64,000 nt of DNA from assembly GCF_006345805.1 (NCBI RefSeq), contig NC_043000.1, positions 81,406,001 through 81,470,000 on the forward strand, in the 5' to 3' direction. Position 1 is the stretch's first letter; each line of letters opens with the position of its first letter. This DNA comes from Octopus sinensis. Lineage: Eukaryota. This document shows, piece after piece, positions 53,626 to 64,000 of the stretch. The notes beneath the pieces were generated by a model. It saw only the letters and a list, made by a program, of their open reading frames with translations. It was not told the DNA's origin and searched no databases. The position numbers and the translations under genes were made by a program.

Positions 53626-53807
53626 ATTTAATGAAATTTCAGTCTAAAACCTGGGATCGGTGATTTCATATGATCATCTTCAGCCATTTTGACAAGATAT
53701 TAATAAATTTTTCTGGTAAAAATTTATTGGTAAATAAACCAAACTTATTCCCACATAAATTAATATGAAACCACTGGTCCCATTTTTTAGACTAAAATTT
53801 CATTAAA
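53626..53807. mobile_element. Small inverted PLE-like remnant with a hammerhead-like motif
   Basis: About 46-bp inverted arms (53626-53671 and 53763-53807); minus strand AUGG-CUGAAGA-UGAUCAUAU-GAAAUCACCGAUC-CCAG. Confidence 0.55.
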
Positions 53808-53971
53808 ACATCTACCCATATTTAGGTGCAGGCATGGTTCCAGGTTCATTCCCACTGTATGACACTTTGGGCTCACATCTTCTACGATAGCCTCTGGCTG
53901 ACCAAAGCCTTGAAAATGAATATGGTAGACGGAAATTGAAAGGAGCCTGTCATATATATATGTGTGTGTTT

Positions 53972-54007
<36 letters not shown>

Positions 54008-54301
54008 CATGTGTGTGTGCATGTGTGCGCATCTTTATGTTTGTGTTTGTTCCCCCACCACCACTTGACAATTGGTGTTGGTGTGTTTCCATCCCTATAA
54101 CTTAGCAGTTCAGCAAAAAAGAGATGAATAGAATAAGTACCAGGCTTAAAAAGCATATGTCCTGATATCAATTTGTTCAACTAGAACCCTTCAAGGTGGT
54201 GCCCCAGCATGGCCATGGTCCAATGACTGAAACAAGTAAAAGATAAAAGATTTGTGGTATTGAATATTAGTTGACTTTTAATGTGTGTGTTTGTCTGTGT
54301 A

Positions 54302-54342
<41 letters not shown>

Positions 54343-54379
54343 ATGTATGTGTGCATACATGTTTGTGTATTTCATGGGT

Positions 54380-55990
54380 AGAACTATAAAAGCTATACAA
54401 CAGGCCTGGTGAGACTAGGGTACTAAAGTGCAGTACCAAGTGGCAAGAAGAGAGAGTAAGCATCAGATATACTTAGCGAGAAGAGAAATTGAATGTAAGA
54501 GGTTGATGACTGTGAGGATCAGACTCATAAAGCATTTCACTTTGGAAGACATTGTACTACAGAGAACTGAAATGTCACCAGGAAGAAATGCATACAGAAT
54601 AATAGTATTTATTAGCAACAAAGGCAGTATTAATAGTGAGAGATAATATTTATCCCCACTTAAACATGGACGTTCTCTTACAATGAACTATACTGGTGAA
54701 AAATTCTTGTTTATGTTGCTAGCAGGGGATTTATATGCAATGCATAGTTGACAGAGGAGCTACCTTCAGGATCAGCCTAGAGGAGATACTGTTTGGGTTT
54801 ATACCAAGACAGATTACCACTTATGCTTTCCTCATCCTATTGAGACAACAAAAACTAGAAATAGCCCTCTCAAAATTTTTTCAAACTGGGAAAGATTTTG
54901 ACAGAGTTTTACACTCTATAGTCTACTGGCTGCTAAGAAAACTAGGAATAAATGGCTTGTGAGAGCCATCTACAGAGATGCTGTCTGCAAGGTGAGAGTT
55001 AACAATGAGTTCAGCAAGGAATTTGGAGTGCAATTTCATGTACATCAGGGTTCAGTTCTCAGTCCCATTCTTTTTGTTATTGTTCTCCAGACCACAGCAA
55101 AAAAGTTTAAGAGTGGTTAATCATGGGAACTTATGTATCCCAATGTCCTTGTTCTCATACCTAAATTTGTCATAAATTTAAAAGGAATATTCCAAACCAT
55201 GAAGCAAAACTTAGAAATGACAAGCCTTAAATTAGACCTTAAAAAGATTCAAGTTTCAGTTAACAGGAAAGAAAACAAGACTTCACTGCTGTCAAAAAAA
55301 TGGGCATATCTGATTTGCAGAAAAGATGTTGATAGGAATGTAAACTATGAATGCAGAAAGGTGTGGTGGAATGACAGGCAGGCTGATAGAGAACATAACA
55401 TTATATATGACAAATATGAAAATAGCTAGCAGCAGGAGTACAAAGAAGATGAATTTCTGTACATGCTTGGAGCTTCTTTGAAACTGATGATAGTCTTTTG
55501 TTATATAGGTGACCTAGTTAGTAGTGGAGGTGAGTGATCTGTAGGTATGTTCATTAGAATGTGTGAAAAAATTGCAAAGAGCTATGACCTCAACTGATAA
55601 CAAAGAATTTCTTTCTTGGCATGAAGTGAAGATTGTACAATATTTACATATGAAATGCAATGTTACATGTAGATGATTTGCTGAGGTTGCAAAGAAACGA
55701 TGCAAGATTACTATAATGCTTATGTGTATGAAGGATTTAACATAAAAAAGACTAAGAAAAAATCTGGATGGAAGAGGAATTGGTTGTAGTATACAAAACA
55801 GAAGACTATATTTGTACAGTGATGTGGTGCATTCAGAGGAATTGAAATATATAAGGAAGTCCTGAAGATCTTGAAGCTGATGGGAGCTGGGAAAAACAAA
55901 AAGCCAGAGAAGAGATGAGATGAAGGATGAAGATGAATTTCACAAGGAGGGGATGAATAACTGTAACTGATAGCAAAGCACTATGCAGGT
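54380..55990 (+). pseudogene. Heavily decayed RTE-clade LINE (RT domain)
   Basis: YQVARRESKHQIYLAR, FGFIPR.., FDRVLHSIVYWLLRKLGI, VHQGSVLSPILFVIVL, WELMYPNVLVL (decayed YADD); many stops and frameshifts. Confidence 0.85.
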
Positions 55991-56500
55991 GAACAGATGC
56001 AAAAATGGTGACAATGAGGATGGTGGTGAAGGTGGTGAAGATGGGATGTATAATGTCTGCATTTGGATCTCAACCATTGAAGTACTGGAGTTGATATAAT
56101 TGACTAAAACATCTAGAGATGGTGCCCCCAGCATAGCTATAATCCAGTGACTTAAACCAGTAAAAGGATTACTGAATATTCATGGATACATACATAAATT
56201 ATACTCACATTTTATATATTTAACATTTAAATATATTATAAAAATAACTCAATTATATTGCTCGTTTCTATATTTTCACCGACACAATAGAACACTTAAA
56301 CACTGTCTTAGTAATATCCTTACATTGCCCCCTCCTTCTAATCCTATATTCTCTTTTTTTCCCCTTCTCCTCTCTTTCTCTTCCTCTTTCACTCTCATTG
56401 ACTTCTTTCTTTGCAGTTTACTCTTTTCTCTCTCTTTCTGTCATTGTCATTTTCTCTCTTTTATTCTCACAGTCTCTTTTTCTCTCTTCCTCATACACAG

Positions 56501-56564
<64 letters not shown>

Positions 56565-57719
56565 CTCTCTCTCTATCTCTCTCTCTCTCTCTCCCTCTGT
56601 CTCACTCATACTCCCACTCTTCATGCTCTCTTGAAACATTCACATAACACCATTGTTGATATGAAAGTTGCTTAAAGGCAGCCTCATCCCTTCCCTCTCT
56701 CAGTGTTTTGTTGTTTGCTTTTTTTTTAATGTCACTAGTTTGACTTTACTTGAGTGTCCAATCAAGTATTGGTGAAATGACGGCACCAATATACTCAGGA
56801 TTCTAAGGAATCATGGGAAGCACTTTATAATACAGAGAAAGTTCCAATTACCACATTTGCCTCATTCTGACATTAGACATTAGAATTCTTTGCTTTGAAC
56901 TATTCTAGAACTGTGACTGGCCAACAGTCATGATTCTTCTTTCTTCCTTCCCCTCCCTGCCCACTACTTTCTTTTACTAGAACTGAAACACAGAACATCA
57001 CGGAATTCTATTTGAAGTGGCTCAGGGTGTTGACTGTAAAAATATTTTCAGATTTCAAGATCCTCTTCAGAATTTAATAAGAGGCTATCAAAGACTACCA
57101 GACAAAAGCAAATTGGCTATGGTAAAATACCAGATGGTACTGATAATTCTATAAAATTCTGTGATACATTATAATTGTTTTCAGCTACAATAGTTTCCAT
57201 GTAAGTTGTATGAAAGAACTAGGGAGAGAAACAGAAAAAATAGAATGTTATCTCAAAAATCATCTCATTATATTACACATGTGAGACCTCATTGTGTATG
57301 TATTTAATATGCATATTACTCACCTGGAATATTTTTACTTAGCCATATTGTTGATATTCATAATCAACATCTTTAAATTCTTTCTGTAGAAGAATGGTTG
57401 TATGGTTTAGAAGTTCTCTTTCCAACCACATGGTTTCATGTTCAGTCCCATTGCACAGCACCATGGATAAGTGTCATCTACTTTAGCCCCAGCATGACTA
57501 ATACATTGTCCTTAATTTATTCACGGGGTCCCTTCTGTCTTGCAAGTTGCAAAATCACTTCAGTTCCATAAAAAAAAAGCACCCAGTACACTTTGTAAAG
57601 TGGTTGGCTTTAAAAAGGGCATCTAGCCATGGAAACTCTGTGAAAGAGGGACACTGGAGCATGATGTGGTCCTCTCACTCACTATATTTTCTCAAATAAT
57701 CCAGCTCATTGTTTTATAA

Positions 57720-58330
57720 AATAGTGTATGTTAACATCAAACTAGACAGTGAGAGGTTTAAACAGGTTGAATTGTACAAGTATCTTGGAGGCCAAATTTC
57801 TAACAAAGCCATTTGTAAGAAAGAAATTAGGACATGGCTAGCCATGGCAAGAACATTTGTGGTAAAGCTTAATAACATCTGGACCAGCAAAAGTGTCCCC
57901 AACTAAGTTAAAAACAAGGTTAGTGCAAGTACTCATTTAGCCAATAGGAATTTATGGTTATCAACCTTGGACATGATCAAAGTATTTGAAATGTGGATGT
58001 ATAGGTGAATGTTACAAGTCTCTTACAAGGACCATTAAACAAATGGATAGGTGTTACAACCAGTAGACAAAAGATGACAACTGAAATTGGGAAAAAATAA
58101 AAAGTTCATCTATTATGGCCATTTTCAAAGAAGTAGAGATCTGGAAAAATTCATCATGGAAGGAAGAATAGAGGGGAGTAGATCAACAAGCAGGCAAAGA
58201 ATGTAATGGATAGACAATATCATGAGATGGTTGGACAAGAGTGGCAAGGAAACTTGAGAATTCACGCTTAATCAAGAAATCTTTTGTTGTAGTGTCATCA
58301 ATGTGCTGCTGCCATACAATACATGATGAC
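57720..58330 (+). pseudogene. Decayed RTE/BovB-like LINE C-terminal fragment
   Basis: QVELYKYLGGQIS...KEIRTWLAMAR..LNNIW, FEMWMYR*ML, YYGH..R..LEKFIMEGRIEGSR..RQRM*WIDNI. Confidence 0.85.
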
Positions 58331-58417
58331 AACAACTAAAATAGTTTTTTTTTGCTCTACCTTTGGTTTTTGAGTACTACTTTTTCCACTTTGTTTTACA
58401 TCTGAGTGCTTACTTGT

Positions 58418-58448
<31 letters not shown>

Positions 58449-59289
58449 CATGCGAGTGTGTGTGTGTGTGGTGTGTTATATATATATATATATACATATA
58501 TGTATGTATGTATGTATGTATGTGTGGCTATTTGCATGTAAGTGTTTGTATGAAGGAGTTCATATTCCCTTGCATTTGCTGATTTGTAAACAATGGTTTG
58601 CTTCCAGTATTATTGATTTTCAGTCCACTGTGAAAGGATATTTGGGTTTCTTGATACAATGATACATTTCAACATATTACATGAGCTTTATAAAGATAAG
58701 CTTATTAACAGAGATGTATGTTTTCAGCTTTGCACATGAAATGCTTCCCCGTTGTTGTTTGTTAGACTAAGAGATTGTTACTAAACTTGGAAACAAGGGT
58801 AGGATGGCAACAAGAAGGGCATTTAGCTGTAGAAAAACTCTGCCTCAACATACTCTCATCTGACCCATTCACGCATGGAAAAGTAGGCATAAAAACAATG
58901 ATGGAGATATTACAATCCTGAGCCTTATGAAGGGGATGACAGAAGTCTGAGATATGCGATGCATTGCTGAACTCAAGAAAACCCGCCTGCCACAGCAGAA
59001 TTGATATCCTAAAACCAAGGTGCCATGTAAAAAGCATTAATGTGGGTGCTGGTACCATGTAAAAACCACTAGTGATGGTGCCATGTAAAAAATGTCCAGT
59101 ACACTCTGTAAAGTATTGGTGTTAGGAAGGACATCAAGCTGTAGAAACCAGGCCAAAACAGACTATGGAATCTGATGTGGTCCTTGGCCTTACCAGTTAC
59201 TGTCAAGTTGTCCAACACATGCCAGCATGGAAAACAGATATTATATGACAATCACACACACTCACACACAGGTGCCATGTGTAACCTGG

Positions 59290-59465
59290 CTTTACGTTCT
59301 GAGTTCAAATTTTGCCGAGGTCGACTTTGCCTTTCATCCTTTTGGGGGTTGATAAATTATGTACCAGATATGCACTGGGGTCGATGTAATCGACTTAATC
59401 CCTTTGTCTGTCCTTGTTTGTCCCCTCTGTGTTTAGCCCCTTGTGGGCAATAAAGAAATAAGAAT
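59290..59465 (+). mobile_element. Young SINE B subfamily 3' part
   Basis: gagttcaaattttgccgaggtcgactttgcctttcatcc...ttagccccttgtgggcaataaagaaataag; an inverse copy lies at 47985-48122. Confidence 0.85.
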
Positions 59466-60159
59466 AAGTACATTGTATCCCTGCATGTTTTAAGATCTAT
59501 AAAAATACACTGACATGCTGTCACAAAATACTACATCAAAATGTCTCTTCCAGTTTGAGTCAGCTTAGAAAAGTGGACATAAAAACTATGATAATGATGC
59601 ACTAAATGTGTGTGTGAATTATGTGCACGTAAGTTGTGTGTGTATGAGTGTTTGAAGGCGCATAACTAAGTGGTTAGGGTGATGCACTCACAATTGCTAG
59701 ATTCTTGGGCTCTATTCCTGGACCGGGTAGTGCATTGTGTTCTTAAGCAAAATACTTCATTTTACATTTTTCTGTAATCATTTTGATAGCTGGTGTGTGG
59801 AATACTTGTGCACCTGTACAAGCAATGTTGATTTGACAGAGGGAGTGAGCTTATGTAAACACAAGCATTTGATCATTGTAAACAAATGATCTGTCTAGTT
59901 GTTCAACAAGAAACTGCAGAACCCTCATCCATTATTTAATGATGGAAGAGTCCATAACATGTGTGTGTTTTGCATGTGTGTATGTGTGTGTATTATGCAT
60001 TAAATTAAGAAATGGTAATGTGTGTAAATTCTGTAAATGATAATTATAAGCTTAAACTTATAAGCATTCACCCTATATTGGCTATATAAAATGGTCTAGT
60101 ATTGGAGTATATAAGCCCTTGACAGAAGAAAATGGTTATTAGTATGCATGGGAATAGAG

Positions 60160-60445
60160 GTGAGGTCATTGCTAGTGCTGCTGGACTGGCTCCTGTGCAG
60201 GTGGCATGTAAAAAATACCATTTGAGCGTGACCGTTGCCAGTACTGTCTGACTGGCCCTCATGCTAGTGGCACATAAAAGTACCCACAACACTCTCAGAG
60301 TGGTTGGCATTAGGAAGAGCATCCAGCTGTAGAAACTCTGCCAGATCAGATTGGAGCCTGGTGCAGCCATCTGGTTCGCCAGTCCTTAGTCAAATTGTCC
60401 AACCCATGCTAGCATGGAAAGCGGACGTTAAACAATGATGATGAT
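60160..60445 (+). mobile_element. RTE 3' tail copy
   Basis: gtggca..taaaa modules, gttggcattaggaagagcatccagctgtagaaac, ccaacccatgctagcatggaaagcggacgttaaac(aatgatgat). Confidence 0.85.
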
Positions 60446-60452
60446 ATATACA

Positions 60453-60501
<49 letters not shown>

Positions 60502-61486
60502 TATATATAATATATATATATATATATTATATATATATATATATATATACATATACATGCATCCATATCGAGAGAGAGAGAGAGATGCAAAACATGAGTG
60601 AGTGGTTAAAAATTTCATTTTTTAGGTCATGGTTTTAGATGCAGTCCTATTGCACCACAGCTTGAGCAAGTGTTTTTATCAAAGCACTGAGTCAACCAAC
60701 ACTCTATGAGTGAATTTCAGTGTTGAAAGTTGCAGGAAGCCCTTCATGTGTGTCTGTGTGTGTGCAAAACAATGATGGTATTAACATTCCTTATTGACTT
60801 CACAATTGGTTACCTTGTGCTTTTAGTTATCTTGGAAATAACAATCCCTTACTTGAGAAAAATTGGTGTGTGAGTCAGCAACAGGAAAAGCTTCCTACTT
60901 CAAATAGCTCCTTGTCTAACCTATGCAGGCACGGAAAAGTGGCCAATGTAGAAACTGATGAGTGTTTGAGCAGGTACGAACATATATTCATACAAACATA
61001 TTGGGTTCAAATTTTGGCACAGAGCTAGCAAGTTCAGGGGATAGGTTTAAGTCGATAACATCAATCCTGGTGCTCTACTGGCACTTATTTTATCAATCCC
61101 AAAAGGATGAAAAGTGAAGTCAACATTGGCAGAATTTGAACTCAGAATGTGATGACAGACGAAATGCTGTTAAGCATTTTGCCCAGTGTGCCAACAATTC
61201 TGACAGCTTGCTGCCTTAAATATTTACATACATATTAATGTTTAGTTTCATGCTGAGTTATAATTCTTTCTACTATAAACACAAGGTCTAAAATTTGTGA
61301 GGAGGGGTCTATTTGATTACATCAACCCCAGTGCTTGACTGGTACTTATTTCATTGACCCTGAAAGGATAAAAGGCTAAGTCACCCTCAGTGGAGTGATA
61401 ATAGAGATAATTTTACAATAAACAGAAAGACTACTCAATACTTTTTGTAGAGTACATATTTGTTATTACCTTTCAAGAATATTGTT

Positions 61487-61533
61487 GACAGTAACTTTGA
61501 AGTTTTGGCCTGCCTAGCTTTCATCAGACTGCC
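61487..61533 (-). ncRNA. Decayed type I hammerhead motif
   Basis: GGCAGU-CUGAUGA-AAGCUAGGCAGGCC-AAAAC-UUCAAA-GUU-ACUGUC: 6-bp stem I; G12 is A, so probably inactive. A related, more decayed copy lies at 34633-34680 (-). Confidence 0.55.
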
Positions 61534-62476
61534 ATACATGTGTGTGTGTGGGTGTCTATGTGTGCGGTGTGTGTACATGCATGTGTGCATACATATCTGC
61601 ATATATGTTTATGCATTTGTTGGTATACATGTATACATGTGTATGTATGCATGTATAAATACTTACATATGTATACATGTGTATGTATGCACATATGTGT
61701 GTGTGTGTATAATATATATATACATATATATATGTATGTATCTATGTGTGTATGTATGTGGATGATATATGTGTGTGTGTGTGTGTTTATTTGTGTACAC
61801 ATTTCAGGTGGTGTTGTGATGAGTTGAAACATTGGAAACTTTGGTACTATTACATCATAGGAATAATCTTAATTATCTTTAAAACTTCTGGCATTACCAT
61901 ATCAGACTATAATTATTGATTCTTGTAATATTTACTGCGATAATGTCAAGATAGGTTTGTTGTTATGATGGGTGTTACAACATAAGTAGAGCATCCACAG
62001 AAATGATATTAGCGTTATCATGATATCAGTGTATAGAATATTGGTATCATAGAAACTTTTGGTGTTACCATATCAAAATAGAGTTATTGATTCTTGTAAT
62101 ACTTGCCATCATAATGTCAAGATAGATTTCTTATTGTTGTTGGTGGCTGGTTTCCCCTCCAGGTCATCTTTGATCAAATAGACGTTGATCAAAGATGTTC
62201 CAGCTAGTCTTTTTTTTTGTTACTTCTACACATCTTGTATCTAGGAATACATTATCTTATGTACTCATCTTCTAGTGGTTGTTTATCCTAAAGTCAACCC
62301 TGAGATGCAACAGACCTTCTTGTCTGTGTATGTGTGTGTATGTGTGTGTGTGTTTTTCAGACAGAGCATATCTCAGATTGCATTTTCCAATATGTCCTTC
62401 CTTCTTTTAAGAGTATAATATATGAGTTAATAGAGATTTAGCTACTGCTTCTAGCTGGTCATGTGAACATGTAGAC

Positions 62477-62545
62477 CAGCGTTTCTCAACTGAGGTTCCC
62501 TGGAACCCTCAGGTTCTGAAAAACGTTCCTAGGGGTTCTGTGAGA
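62477..62545 (+). mobile_element. hAT (Charlie-like) terminal remnant
   Basis: CAGCGTTTCTCAAC start followed by repeated ggttcc/ggaaccc subterminal motifs; no matching other end found. Confidence 0.45.
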
Positions 62546-63327
62546 AAGAGTAAGATAAACTAATGTTAATTTCATGATCGTAATATTACTATACATGCAC
62601 AACATATTATTGGTTATTGTAATATTGTAATATAGACATCATCAAAAAATGTAGCAACAAATAACTCTGAAGAGCTATAAGATGTCCTACAGACACTACA
62701 CTCTGGGTGCATGGTCAATATAAATTAAATCCCCCAATTTCAAACCAGTTCGATATGTACCAATGCAGAAAACTCTCAGAGCATCAGTCACTTTCTAACT
62801 TCTGTTACTCTCTTTTACTCTTTTACTTGTTTCAGTCATTTGACTGTGGCCATGCTGGAGCACTGCCCTTAGTCGAGCAAATCGACCCCAGGACTTATTC
62901 TTTGTAAGCCTAGTACTTATTCTATCAGTCTTTTTTTGCCAAACCGCAAAACTCAGAGTTGTATCTTGGCTATTGAATAATTGTCACATATTATTTTACA
63001 GATAAATTTCCTTTATTTACATAATATTGAGGTCTTTTTCTTTCTTTTGTTATCTTACCATTGAATTGAAGCCATAATCTTATGATCATTAGTGCAATAC
63101 CATAACCACTAAGCCACATGCCTCCTCTTGGATATATATATATACATACATATTTACGACGGGCTTCTTTCAGTTTCCGTCTAACAAATCCACTCACAAG
63201 GCTTTGGTCGACCCAAGGCTATAGTAGAAGACGCTTGCCCAAGGTGCCATGCTGTGGGACTGAACCCAGAACCATGTGGTTGGTAAGCAAGCTACTTACC
63301 TGCGCTTGTTGATTAAAAGAAAATGTC

Positions 63328-63380
<53 letters not shown>

Positions 63381-63700
63381 AATACTCATATGTATAAACA
63401 TGCATATGTATATGTTTGATGGTAGTCTCTTGTAGCAGAGAAAGCCAGTTTTGAACAACATGCACAAAAGATTTGTTTATAGTGATCAAATGTTTGTGCT
63501 GTATATTAGTTCACTTGCTCAACCAAATTTTTGTTACCTGAACAGGTGCACAATGTCAAAGTGATTGCAGAGCAACATAAAATGACACGCTTTGCTTAAG
63601 AATACAATTCACTGCCTGGTTTTGGAATTGAAACCATAATCTTATGATCATGAGTGCAATACCATAACCACTAAACCACATGCCTCCTCTTGGATATATA

Positions 63701-63763
<63 letters not shown>

Positions 63764-64000
63764 GTATATATAATTTTATGTATATATATATATTTATATA
63801 TGCATAAATTAGCCCTATGAACTTCTTGGACTATCTTATAAAAACTCTCTGACGAAGCCCAGAGGCATAACCAAGTACCCTAATTTTATCTAAAGATTTA
63901 CAATACACTGAACTGTTTAAAATAAATAAATAGACGTAATATAATGTCTAACAACTGATGAATACTACCTCTTGATTCCCTCCCTTTTCTTCTTGCCGTA

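Noticed and set aside
60950-61000. CUGAUGA-hairpin-GAAC as a hammerhead
   Set aside because: CUGAUGA derives from the (TGA)n tail of an RTE-tailed SINE; no stem I.

Overview
AT-rich, repeat-saturated eukaryotic DNA. The tRNA-derived SINE families, RTE tails and dense (TA)n/(CA)n/(TAA)n tracts look like a coleoid cephalopod (Octopus-type) genome; this is recognition from memory, not a database result. No intact host CDS, rRNA, tRNA gene or CRISPR array is supportable, and most track ORFs are microsatellite translations. The window is probably intronic or intergenic. It holds four 3' fragments of R4/Dong-type RLE retrotransposons at (TAA)n tracts, RTE and CR1-group LINE remnants, a decayed full-length Tigger/pogo element, two DD37D (maT) Tc1/mariner copies, a mariner end, piggyBac-, Helitron- and Helentron-like non-autonomous elements, and many SINEs. 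The most notable signal is a set of minimal type I hammerhead ribozyme (HHR) motifs in Penelope-like (PLE) pseudo-LTR or retrozyme-like units. One lies in both arms of a perfect 186-bp inverted repeat next to a PLE RT fragment (30983-31857). Another lies in a 333-bp tandem/inverted unit (39590-40340). Further copies occur at about 33070, 34630, 48165, 53650, 61490 and 63850. Element boundaries were read by eye and are approximate unless a TSD or TIR is quoted.
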